Below, piece after piece: positions 9,437-18,202 of a DNA stretch of 32,000 bases. The notes under the pieces are model-generated. The model made no database searches. It was not told the DNA's origin and worked only from the letters and a program-made list of their open reading frames with translations. Position 1 is the stretch's first letter; each line of letters begins with the position of its first letter. A program made the translations under genes and the position numbers. Source of the stretch: Candidatus Poriferisocius sp. (lineage in GTDB: Bacteria; Actinomycetota; Acidimicrobiia; Acidimicrobiales; Bin134); NCBI RefSeq assembly GCF_965219815.1, contig NZ_OZ244791.1, positions 2,446,486 to 2,478,485 on the forward strand, written 5' to 3'.

Positions 9437-9481
9437 TCCATTGCGTGCTGGGCCGTGCTCGAGGAGTACGGTCGGAGGTCG

Positions 9482-10492
9482 ATGGGAGAGAGCATTCAGG
9501 CCCCGGGGACTCGGCTGAGTCGAAGAGACCGGTTTCTTCACGAGCCCCGCTTTCGGGACTGGAATTGGGTGGAGACCAACTGGTTCTGCTTCTTCGTGCC
9601 TGAGGAGGCGATGGTCGGGCACCTGCGCTCGATGTGGCGGCCCACGCTGGGAGTGGTGGGGGCCAACGTGTTCGTGTATTCCAACCGAGGGCTGGGCGCC
9701 ACCGGGGCCTTGGCCAACGATATGCACGAGGACCGCTTTGCCATGCCCATGCCGCCCCACAACCTGGACGACTACCGCCTGGACAACGGCATCGCCGTGC
9801 GCCAGACCGAGGCGTTCCAGCGCTGGGAAGTCCGCTACGACGGCATCGACGGGACGGTGTTCGACTTGGAGTACACCGCGTTGATGCCGCCGGTGGAGGT
9901 GGGAGAGACCAAAGTGGCGGGAGCGGGGGAGGGGTTCGGGTCGATCCAGCGCTCAGATGCGGTCCTGGCCCACGGCCATATCGACCAGACCCTGCACGTT
10001 TCGGGGGAGGCGGTGGTGAACGGCGTGAGGTTTGAGGTGGACTGCGCGGTCAACCGCGATCACTCGTGGGGCCCCCGTCGGGAATCGGTGGCTCGGTTGG
10101 GCTGCGGCAACTTCGATGACGGCCATTGGGGCGACGATTTCCACTTCCTGGTCCAGACCCGCAATGACACTCCTGATTCCTGCGTGATCACGCACGGCTA
10201 CCTGTTGGATGGCGGGGACATTCTCCGCATCGCCGAGGGGACGGGCCGGTTCGAGCTCGACGGCTATCGCACCACTGCACTGGTCTATGAGATCGTCGAC
10301 GAGCGGGGCCGCAGCCACTGTTTCGAGGGCAGGGTGGCCCGCACCATTGAGAAGGTGTCCGCCAACGCGTTCTCGTGCAACGGCTTCGTGGATTGGAGCT
10401 ACGAGGGCGAGCCGGGTATCGGGGAATACCGCTGGCACTGGGGCGTCCGGGAGCTGCGGGAATGGTTGGCGGAAAGGGAGACACAGGCATGA
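9482..10492 (+). CDS. Hypothetical protein, lipocalin/CrtC-like (DUF7064-like)
   Basis: ETNWFCFFVPEEAMVGHLRSMWRPTLGVVGANVFVYSNRG...FEVDCAVNRDHSWGPR resembles hydroxyneurosporene-synthase/DUF7064 proteins found near acyl-CoA and oxidoreductase genes. GGAGG lies before ATG 9482. Confidence 0.6.
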   Translation: MGESIQAPGTRLSRRDRFLHEPRFRDWNWVETNWFCFFVPEEAMVGHLRSMWRPTLGVVGANVFVYSNRGLGATGALANDMHEDRFAMPMPPHNLDDYRLDNGIAVRQTEAFQRWEVRYDGIDGTVFDLEYTALMPPVEVGETKVAGAGEGFGSIQRSDAVLAHGHIDQTLHVSGEAVVNGVRFEVDCAVNRDHSWGPRRESVARLGCGNFDDGHWGDDFHFLVQTRNDTPDSCVITHGYLLDGGDILRIAEGTGRFELDGYRTTALVYEIVDERGRSHCFEGRVARTIEKVSANAFSCNGFVDWSYEGEPGIGEYRWHWGVRELREWLAERETQA

Positions 10493-11595
10493 AGACCCGG
10501 GCTGCGGTGTATCGGGAGCCGAATGTCCCGCTGGACATCGTCGAATTGGACATCTGCAACCTGGCCCCCCAAGACGTGCTGGTGCGGATCACCCACAGCG
10601 GGATCTGCCACAGCGACCTGCACGTGTACCACGGCAGCCGGGACTGGGAAACCCCCATGATCTTGGGCCACGAAGGGGCCGGGGTAGTGGAGGATGTGGG
10701 GGAGGGCGTCACCGGGATCAAGTCCGGCGACCGGGTGGTGCTGTCGCTGGTGGCCAGTTGTGGTCGATGCCGGTCGTGCGCCGCGGGTTTCGCCAACCGC
10801 TGCCAGGTGCTGCCCGCGTTCCCCATCGGCACCTACTACGACGGTGGCCATCGCTTCGAAAAGGACGGCGAGGTCCACCACTCGTTCTGCACGGTGGGCT
10901 CGTTTGCCGAGCACGCCGTGGTTCACTTCTCCAAGGCGGTGAGAGTGCCCGACGATGTGGGCTTGGACGTGGCCTGCCTGGTGGGTTGTGGCGTTCCCAC
11001 AGGGGTGGGTTCGGCCGTCAACACCGCCCAGGTCCGCCGGGGCAGCACCTGTGTGGTCTACGGCTGTGGCGGTGTCGGCCTAAACGTCATCCAGGGCTGT
11101 CGCCTCATGGGCGCAGCCGAGATCGTGGCGGTGGACTTGCTGGATGACAAGTTGGCTCTGGCCGAGAGATTCGGCGCCACCCGTACTTTGAACGCCACCG
11201 ACGACGATCCCGTGGCTGCGGTAATGGAGCTGACTGGAGGCAGAGGCGCCGACTACGCCTTCGAGGTGATCGGCACCGGAGCCACCTATAAGAACGCCTG
11301 GAACTCGATCGGCATGGGCGGGTTGGCCGTGATGGTGGGCGGGCCGCCCGCGGGGACCCCATTCCACATCGACGCTACCGAGATCTATTTCGGCAAGGCG
11401 CTCACCGGCAGCATGTACGGCAACTCCTCGCCCGCTCGGGACTTTCCGTGGATCTTCGATCTCTACCGTTCCGGCGAGCTCCTGCTCGACGAGCTGATCA
11501 CCCAGCACCGCCCCCTCAATGACGTCACCGCTGCTCTTGATGAGCTGGACACCGGCGGCGTGGTCCGCACTGTGCTCGACATCGGTGAGGAATAG
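10489..11595 (+). CDS. Zn-dependent alcohol dehydrogenase (MDR superfamily)
   Basis: GICHSDLHVYHGSRDWETPMILGHEGAGVVEDVG; structural Zn motif CGRCRSCAAGFANRC; cofactor loop GCGGVGLNVIQGCRLMGA. Start ATG overlaps the previous stop (ATGA). Confidence 0.93.
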   Translation: MKTRAAVYREPNVPLDIVELDICNLAPQDVLVRITHSGICHSDLHVYHGSRDWETPMILGHEGAGVVEDVGEGVTGIKSGDRVVLSLVASCGRCRSCAAGFANRCQVLPAFPIGTYYDGGHRFEKDGEVHHSFCTVGSFAEHAVVHFSKAVRVPDDVGLDVACLVGCGVPTGVGSAVNTAQVRRGSTCVVYGCGGVGLNVIQGCRLMGAAEIVAVDLLDDKLALAERFGATRTLNATDDDPVAAVMELTGGRGADYAFEVIGTGATYKNAWNSIGMGGLAVMVGGPPAGTPFHIDATEIYFGKALTGSMYGNSSPARDFPWIFDLYRSGELLLDELITQHRPLNDVTAALDELDTGGVVRTVLDIGEE

Positions 11596-11604
11596 CCAGC
11601 TCGC

Positions 11605-12453
11605 TTACCCGAACTCTTCAATCCAGCGGGTGTAGTCGTCCAGCCCCGGCAGTACTTCGTCGGCTGAGCCGCCGTGGGGGAATCGCAGCACCACCTCGGT
11701 GATGCCGATGTCCCGGTAGTAGGCCAGCTTGCCGGGGTCGGGGTGAGTGCCGTAGGTGACGAGCTCCAGCTCGTCGAGGCTGCGTCCGGCCACCGCCATG
11801 GCCTCCGCCAACTCGGCCAGAGCAGCTCGCATTCCGGCGCCGCCAATGGGCATCCAGCCGTCGCCGAACTCGGCTATGTGGGCGAAGGTGGTTGGGCCGG
11901 GGGCAGCGCCGACGATGGTGCGGATGCGGGGCTGCTGGATGGGCTTGGGCCAGCTCCACGAGGGTTCCATGTGAACGAATTCTCCATGGAACTCGGCGAC
12001 CTCGTTGCCCCAGAGCGCCTGGGCACAGAGCATGTGCTCGCGTACCAGGGCTCGGCGCCGTCGAACGTCGATGCCGTGGTTCTCCATCTCCTCGTGATTC
12101 CAGCCGTAGCCCACGCCCAGCACCAGGCGACCCCCGCTCATCCAATCGAGGGTGGCGCACTGCTTGGCAAAGGTGATGGGATCGTGTTGGGCGGGCAGGG
12201 CGACCCCAACTCCCAGTCCCACGGACTCGGTGGCCTGGGCGCAGGCCGCCAAAGCGATATAGGGGTCCAAGGTGCGCAAGTAGGTCTCGGGCAGCACTTC
12301 CTCGCCGGTGGGGGGCGGTGTGCGGCGGCTGGTGGGGATGTGGGTGTGCTCGGGCAGGTAGATGCAGGCGTATCCTCGGGCCTCTGCTTCATGGGCCAGG
12401 CGCACCGGCGACATCGACCGGTCGGTGGTCTGCATCATCACCCCGAACCGCAT
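11605..12453 (-). CDS. LLM class (luciferase-like) flavin/F420-dependent oxidoreductase
   Basis: MRFGVMMQTTDRSMSPVRLAHEAEARGYACIYLPEHTHIP...FAKQCATLDWMSGGRLVLGVGYGWNHEEMENHG...PIGGAGM. Confidence 0.92.
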   Translation of the reverse strand: MRFGVMMQTTDRSMSPVRLAHEAEARGYACIYLPEHTHIPTSRRTPPPTGEEVLPETYLRTLDPYIALAACAQATESVGLGVGVALPAQHDPITFAKQCATLDWMSGGRLVLGVGYGWNHEEMENHGIDVRRRRALVREHMLCAQALWGNEVAEFHGEFVHMEPSWSWPKPIQQPRIRTIVGAAPGPTTFAHIAEFGDGWMPIGGAGMRAALAELAEAMAVAGRSLDELELVTYGTHPDPGKLAYYRDIGITEVVLRFPHGGSADEVLPGLDDYTRWIEEFG

Positions 12454-12578
12454 GACCAGAGCGTATGTCGCTTGGGCTCTCCCCCTTGCTTTGGCAAAGC
12501 CGAGATCTCCTTTGCCAGCACATAGTCCCCTTGGGCTGCCAGTTTCGCTGCTGGCAGGGGTACTCTCGGGGCCAGCTA

Positions 12579-13187
12579 ATGGGACGCCAACCAAAGATCA
12601 GGCTGATAGCCACCACCGAAGTGCCTATGAGATGGGGTCGATTCGCCTGTCACGCCTTCGAGTCGATGGACGACGGCGAGGAGCACGTGGCGTTCACCCT
12701 CGGCGACATAACGGGAGCCGACGAGGTCTTGGTGCGGGTACACAGCGAGTGTCTCACTGGGGATGTGTTCGGCTCTTGGCGCTGCGACTGCGGGGCTCAG
12801 CTGCACGCGGCCATGGATGCCATCGCGGCCTGCGGCACCGGAGTGCTGGTGTACATGCGGGGCCATGAGGGAAGGGGCATCGGCATCGGGCACAAGATGC
12901 AGGCCTATGCCCTTCAGGATCAGGGCCGGGACACGGTGGACGCCAACTTGGAGTTGGGGCTACCGGTGGACGACCGCACCTACGGCATCGGGGCGGCCAT
13001 ACTGGCCGAGCTGGGGGTCACGCGAGTGGCGCTGATGACCAACAACCCCACCAAACACGACGGCTTGGCCTCCTTCGGCCTGGAGATTGCCCGCCGGATT
13101 CCCCTGGAAGTGCCCCCCAGAAGCGAGAACCTGGACTACCTCCGCACCAAACAACAACGCCTCGGCCATCTGCTGGATTTGGTGTAG
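12579..13187 (+). CDS. ribA: GTP cyclohydrolase II (stand-alone)
   Basis: RVHSECLTGDVFGSWRCDCGAQL, YMRGHEGRGIGIGHKMQAYALQDQGRDTVDANLELG, LMTNNPTKHDGL. Zn cysteines and the GHEGRG catalytic region are present. Confidence 0.93.
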   Translation: MGRQPKIRLIATTEVPMRWGRFACHAFESMDDGEEHVAFTLGDITGADEVLVRVHSECLTGDVFGSWRCDCGAQLHAAMDAIAACGTGVLVYMRGHEGRGIGIGHKMQAYALQDQGRDTVDANLELGLPVDDRTYGIGAAILAELGVTRVALMTNNPTKHDGLASFGLEIARRIPLEVPPRSENLDYLRTKQQRLGHLLDLV

Positions 13188-13194
13188 TCGGAGG

Positions 13195-13938
13195 TCAGCT
13201 TTCCGACCTGGCCGCTGGTAACAGCGAAGCCGCCCCAGCATCTAGGACCACGGAGACGTCGGGGTGCAGTCGAATAGCCGAGGCCGGAGACTCAATCGAA
13301 ACGGGTCCTATGAGGGCATCACAGATTGGACGGGCCTTGTGGGCACCGAGTGCTACTAGAAGTATCGCTCTTGCTCGCAAGATGGTTCCGATTCCCTGAG
13401 ATATCGCCTGGCGGGGGACATCGTCAATCGAGGCGAAGAACCGGGCGTTGTCCCGTCGGGTCTTCTCGCTCAACGTGACGACGCTTGATAGCCCTTCGAA
13501 TGAAGAGCCTGGTTCGTTGAAGGCGATGTGCCCGTTGCCGCCGATACCGAGAAGTTGGATGTCGATGCAGGCCTCAGTGACAAGCTGCTCGTAGCGCTGA
13601 GCCTCGGCCTCGAGGTCGGGTGAGCTCCCGTCGGGTCCGAACAATGCGTCATCTCTCAGATCGACGAGGTCGGCGAGACCTGCCCTGATCACGTTTCGGA
13701 ATGCCTGCGGATGGTCGCAGTCGAGGCCGACGTACTCGTCAAGCAAATAGATGGACGTTTCAGCAAAGCTGAGCCCCCCGGCCTGGTACCGATCGACTAG
13801 CGATTGGTAGACGCCGACCATGGTGCTGCCGGTCGCCATCCCGAGGCGCGGCCGAGGTCGCGACCGGACGACGTTCTCCACAATGTCGGCTGCTTTGTCG
13901 GCCGCCTCTGCGGCATCCGCGGCGATGAAGACCTGCAC
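13195..13938 (-). CDS. nagB: Glucosamine-6-phosphate deaminase-like (NagB family)
   Basis: MATGSTMVGVYQSL, SIYLLDEYVGLDCDHPQAFRNVI, LLGIGGNGHIAFNEPGSSF. GTG start gives VQVFIAADAAEAADKAADIV, matching family N-termini. Confidence 0.85.
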   Translation of the reverse strand: MQVFIAADAAEAADKAADIVENVVRSRPRPRLGMATGSTMVGVYQSLVDRYQAGGLSFAETSIYLLDEYVGLDCDHPQAFRNVIRAGLADLVDLRDDALFGPDGSSPDLEAEAQRYEQLVTEACIDIQLLGIGGNGHIAFNEPGSSFEGLSSVVTLSEKTRRDNARFFASIDDVPRQAISQGIGTILRARAILLVALGAHKARPICDALIGPVSIESPASAIRLHPDVSVVLDAGAASLLPAARSES

Positions 13939-13955
13939 GACTAGACCCCGGAGCG

Positions 13956-14717
13956 TCAGCCGGTGCTGCGGGCCCCGGTTATGTATGACACCAGGTCGTC
14001 TTTCGTGACGTCGGCCACGTCTACTTCGGCGCACTTCCGGCCTTGGTAGAGCACGACTGCCTGGTCGCAAACAGCCAGTACCCGGTCCATGTTGTGGGTG
14101 ATGAGCAGCACTGCTACCCCTTGGTCACGCAGGTTGATGATGAGATCCAGAACTCTCTGGGTCTGCTCGACTCCGAGGGCGGCAGCGGGCTCGTCGAGCA
14201 AGACGATCTGCTGGCCCCAGGCAACTGCCCGGCCAATGGCAACGGCTTGGCGCTGCCCGCCGGAAAGCGAGCCAACCGAGCGCCGCAGCGAGGGAATTCG
14301 AATGTCGAGACGAGCAAGCGTGTCGGCGCATTCGTTGCGCATGCGCCGTTTGTCGAGCAGGCCGATGCGGGCCCCCAACCATCCCCCTCGGGTGTGCTCT
14401 CGATTCAAGAAGAGGTTCTCTGCCACATCAAGCGGGTCGATCACCGACAGCGTTTGATGAACGGTTTCAATGCCCAGTTCTCGGGCGTGGCGGGAGGAGC
14501 CGATGCGGTGCTCTGACCCCTGAACGAATATGCGGCCAGCGTCAGGCTGGTACAGGCCGGAGATGCACTTCACCAGGGTTGATTTTCCTGCGCCGTTGTC
14601 GCCCAGCAGGGCAGTGACCCGGCCGTGGTGCAGTTCGATGGACACCTCGTCGAGGGCCTGCACAGCTCGGAATGACTTGGAGATTCCGGAGGCGACCAAC
14701 GCTGGGGCCGTACTCAT
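13956..14717 (-). CDS. Sugar-type (CUT2-like) ABC transporter ATP-binding protein, single ABC domain
   Basis: Walker A GDNGAGKSTLVKCISGLYQPDAG, signature LSGGQRQAVAIGRAV, Walker B IVLLDEPAAALG. 253 aa only, not the duplicated RbsA form. Confidence 0.93.
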   Translation of the reverse strand: MSTAPALVASGISKSFRAVQALDEVSIELHHGRVTALLGDNGAGKSTLVKCISGLYQPDAGRIFVQGSEHRIGSSRHARELGIETVHQTLSVIDPLDVAENLFLNREHTRGGWLGARIGLLDKRRMRNECADTLARLDIRIPSLRRSVGSLSGGQRQAVAIGRAVAWGQQIVLLDEPAAALGVEQTQRVLDLIINLRDQGVAVLLITHNMDRVLAVCDQAVVLYQGRKCAEVDVADVTKDDLVSYITGARSTG

Positions 14718-15928
14718 CGCTGGCCCTTCCAGGCCACAGGGTTGCCCAGCACATCCCAGACACCGGCCACCGACGCCGCTCCCGACCGCACACCGGCAAC
14801 GCCGACGACAAATGCCCTGGTCACAAAGGCCTGGATGCGGAAGCCGAAGACCACGGTGTCGCCCTCGTTGACGATGCGACCCGGTTCAGGCCTCAGCTTG
14901 GCGTAGTAGTCGATGGCGGCAGGGTCGGGCATGTCCACGGGCATCGCCTTTGTTGCCGCCTCGCTCGGGTCGTGAGCGACAACGGCAGTGGGCTGGTAGT
15001 CGCCGAATACGGGGTCGATGTAGAGACCGCCGCCGAAGCAGAACGGGATGCCCTGATGGATGTGGGCTATCTCGCTGACATAGCAAACCGCGGGTTGTTC
15101 GGGCAGGTCGCGAACCGCATGCAGGGGTGTGGTTCCGGTGAGGCCATGGCCCGGTTCCACTTGCGTGGCGCCCGCCTCGGCAAGCTGGGCCAGCACCGCC
15201 GTTGACGTGGTGCCCGGGGCATTGATCTGGAGCGTCCCTTGGTCTTCATGGCCGATGTGCTGTTGGGCGGTTTCTGCGGCCTGAGCCAGGGTGGCCATGT
15301 TGGGAGTGGTTCGTGCCCCGCCGCTGTCCGGGTCGAAGAGCAGCGCCGGGAACGTGGTAAGGCCGGCAAACCGGACCCCTGGCAGCCCGCTGATGTGGTC
15401 GAGCACTCTGGGCAACTCTTCGAGCGGGACGCCACCCTCGTGGCCCGAGTAGAACTCGTCGCCGGGAGCGAACACCCGTACCAGCAGATCTTGGACCCGT
15501 CCGAGGCGGGTGGCCGCAGCCGAGACTTCTGTAGCCTTGTTGGGCGAGAACACCGTCCAGTAGTCGGGCTGCATGGCCGCGGCTTCGCCGGTTTCGGCCG
15601 CGGGCACCTGCACGAGATGTCCGAGGTGTCCGAGATTGTGCCCGTGGGCGGCAATGGGCCGGGCGCAGGCCATGTCCACCGCCACATAGCCGTCAACCCC
15701 CGCGCCAGATATTGCTTCGAGTGCGCCCGGCGCCCTTCCCACCTGCTTGGTCATGGCGTACACGCTCAGCCCAAGCGCCCTCGCCTCACCCATGAGATGC
15801 GAGGTGTTGGCGGCCATGGCGTCGAGGTCCAATGCGTAGCTGTTGGCGGGAAGGGAACCGGCCCGGTGCAGCGCCACAACCGCCTCCACAAAGGCCGGGT
15901 TCTTGTCCATCAGGGGTCGCAGGAACAC
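14714..15928 (-). CDS. YhfX-type PLP-dependent enzyme (alanine racemase N-terminal fold)
   Basis: YALDLDAMAANTSHLMGEARALGLSVYAMTKQVGRAP with the PLP-lysine context; C-terminal YVSEIAHIHQGIPFCFGGGLYIDPVFGDYQP and GDTVVFGFRIQAFVTRAFVVGVAGV as in YhfX-family proteins. Confidence 0.82.
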   Translation of the reverse strand: MFLRPLMDKNPAFVEAVVALHRAGSLPANSYALDLDAMAANTSHLMGEARALGLSVYAMTKQVGRAPGALEAISGAGVDGYVAVDMACARPIAAHGHNLGHLGHLVQVPAAETGEAAAMQPDYWTVFSPNKATEVSAAATRLGRVQDLLVRVFAPGDEFYSGHEGGVPLEELPRVLDHISGLPGVRFAGLTTFPALLFDPDSGGARTTPNMATLAQAAETAQQHIGHEDQGTLQINAPGTTSTAVLAQLAEAGATQVEPGHGLTGTTPLHAVRDLPEQPAVCYVSEIAHIHQGIPFCFGGGLYIDPVFGDYQPTAVVAHDPSEAATKAMPVDMPDPAAIDYYAKLRPEPGRIVNEGDTVVFGFRIQAFVTRAFVVGVAGVRSGAASVAGVWDVLGNPVAWKGQR

Positions 15929-15930
15929 CG

Positions 15931-16971
15931 TCAGAGCTCCTTGGCTTCTCGCATGCTCAGGGCCACGGCCAAGATGATGATCACACCCCGGGCGATGAGC
16001 TGGTCGGCCACTTCGAGCCCCATGAGGATGAGGCCGTTGTTGAGCATGGCCATGATGAGGGCGCCGGTGACAGCTCCAAGTATGGATGCCCGGCCGCCGA
16101 ACAAGTTAGTTCCGCCGATCACCACCGCGGCGATGACGGTGAGCAGGTAGTCCTCCCCTAGATCGTGACGGCCGATGCTGAGGCGACCGGCGAGAAGAAT
16201 CCCGGCGAAGCCCGCCGCGGTCGCGCTGACCACCAGCGCGGAGATCTTCACCCGAGCGGTGTTGATTCCGACTGCGTTGGCTGCATCGCGGTCGGCACCG
16301 GTGGACAGCACATGGCGCCCCCAGCGCAGATGGTGCAGCGCAAAATGTCCCAGCGCTCCGACAATGACGATCCAGATCAGAAGCGAGGAGACAGGACCCA
16401 GACCTCCCGCGCCGAAAATCCCGCTGAACCGGTCGTTGCGAATGGGGAGCGACTGCAAGTCGTTCCAATTGCGGGCGATCCCGCTGATGATGCCCAGCAT
16501 TCCCAGGGTGACCAGAAAGGACGGGATTCGCACCTTCACCGAAATGAGCCCGTTCACCATCCCCACGAGCGCCGCTGCCCCGAGCGCGGCCAGCGCGCCA
16601 GCCAGGAATCCATAGTTGCCCACCATTTCCGCAGCCACCAGGGATGACAGCGCCACCACCGAGCCAACCGAGAGGTCGATCTCGCCTGCGGCAAGGGCGA
16701 AGGCCATCCCCACCGCCATGACCGCGATCGGCGCAGCCTGCCGACCGATGTTGAGCAGATTGGAGGAGCTGAGGAACCCGTCGTCATGCAGGAGGATGCT
16801 GAACGTGGCCAGGATCAGCGCAAAAGCCAAATAGACGACATACTGGCGAAGCCCGCCGTCATGTCGGTAGCGGTCGATCCAGGCCCCGACCGGGGAGGGG
16901 AGTCCGGTCGGGGCCTGTTTGCTAATCGACTTCCGAATCACCTGTTCAGGTTTAGCCGCCGAGGGCGTCAA
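15931..16971 (-). CDS. Sugar ABC transporter permease (RbsC-like)
   Basis: GMAFALAAGEIDLSVGSVVALSSLVAAEMV...VNGLISVKVRIPSFLVTLGMLGIISGIA...ILLAGRLSIGRHDLGEDYLLTVIAAVVIGGTNLFGGRASILGAVTGALIM. Confidence 0.93.
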   Translation of the reverse strand: MTPSAAKPEQVIRKSISKQAPTGLPSPVGAWIDRYRHDGGLRQYVVYLAFALILATFSILLHDDGFLSSSNLLNIGRQAAPIAVMAVGMAFALAAGEIDLSVGSVVALSSLVAAEMVGNYGFLAGALAALGAAALVGMVNGLISVKVRIPSFLVTLGMLGIISGIARNWNDLQSLPIRNDRFSGIFGAGGLGPVSSLLIWIVIVGALGHFALHHLRWGRHVLSTGADRDAANAVGINTARVKISALVVSATAAGFAGILLAGRLSIGRHDLGEDYLLTVIAAVVIGGTNLFGGRASILGAVTGALIMAMLNNGLILMGLEVADQLIARGVIIILAVALSMREAKEL

Positions 16972-18170
16972 GCACCTCTTGCGGCGGGTCGGCGGCCAGC
17001 GACACCCGGTATGCCTCGACGATGTTGTCAGCGGTTACCTCGATAGCAGGGACAACAACGAAGGGCGGCGCTTGCTTCCCGAGCAGGCCGTAAGCCCCCT
17101 CGGTGGCCATTGTCCGTCCGATCTCGTAGGCCTCATCAGCCGCGATTCCCACGATGTTGCCGCCCTCCACAAGGTCGAGCGAGACGTTCGTGTCCAGGTC
17201 CATGGTCACAACCGCCACGTCGCTGGCCCCCGCGGCCCGCAGCGCGGCCAGCACGCCATCGGCCGGTCCGGCCGACCACGGGGCGTAGATGCCGTCGAGG
17301 CCCGGGTTGCGGGTCAGCATGGCGGAGGCGATGTCTTCTGCGGCAGCCGGATCGGCAAGACCCTGTTCAGCCACAATCTCGATCCCGGGGAAGTTGATCT
17401 CGATCCAAGCCTTGAACGCCTGGTCGCGCTGGTTGGTCACGTAGAACGGGGCATCGTGGAAGATGTAGCCGATCTCGCCTTCACCGCCCAGAGCATTGCC
17501 CAGCAGGTTGGCGGCGGCAATGCCCATGGCGGCGAGATCATCGGTCACCACGCCCACGAATTCCTGGCCCTGCGTATACCCCTCCGGGGTCGTGGACAAG
17601 AACACGAGCTGCACACCGGCATCGACGGCAGGCCGGAAGCCTTCCGCGGCCGAGACCGGGTCGATGGTGAGGCTGAGGATGATGTCGGGACTCAGCGCCA
17701 TGGCGGTTTCGACGTCATTGGCCTGCTGGGCGGCGTCGAAACCGGCCTCGGTTTCGACCACCACCTCGATGCCCATCTCGGCGAAGGCGTCCCGAGCCCC
17801 CTGGCTCACCGCGTCGGTGAAAGCGCCGGAGATGTGCCAGAGCAAGGCCGCGGTATAGCCACCCTCTTGGACCTGGGCCAGTTCATCGGCAGTTAGGACA
17901 ATGTCGCCAGACGGGCTGGCCGTCTCGCCATTCGGCCCCTGGGTTACCGGGGCCTCCATGGCCGGCGCCTCATCCTCGGTGGGCTCGGGCTCAGGTTCGG
18001 GGTCGGGTTCGTCAGGCGGTTCGGGTGCCGCAGTGGGCGCGGCGGTTGCGGGTGCGGCAGTGGGGTCGCTGCCGCTGTCGTCGTCGTTGCCGCAAGCTGC
18101 GGCCAGGAGAACGAAGACGGCGAGCAGTGCGCCCAGTACGAGCCATCGCGATTTCTTTCGGGGTTGCATG
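16952..18170 (-). CDS. Sugar ABC transporter substrate-binding lipoprotein (Peripla_BP_4-like)
   Basis: Lipoprotein signal MQPRKKSRWLVLGALLAVFVLLAAACGNDDD; RbsB-like body LSLTIDPVSAAEGFRPAVDAGVQLVFLSTTPEG, VVTDDLAAMGIAAANLLG, and GIAADEAYEIGRTMA. Confidence 0.9.
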
Positions 18171-18202
18171 GGTTTCTCCTCTTTCAATTGGTGGTTGGGC
18201 AT

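Noticed and set aside
12454-12578. FMN riboswitch upstream of ribA
   Set aside because: The leader is too short and the characteristic conserved FMN-element sequence blocks are not visible.
13470-13560. NagB-like active-site motif GGNGHIAFNEP has Asn where E. coli NagB has catalytic Asp (NDGHIAFNEP)
   Set aside because: From memory, many Gram-positive NagB proteins also have xNGHIxFNEP, so this is not convincing evidence of a new activity by itself.
16919-17896. 325-aa plus-strand ORF
   Set aside because: Antisense to the sugar-binding lipoprotein, no domain evidence.
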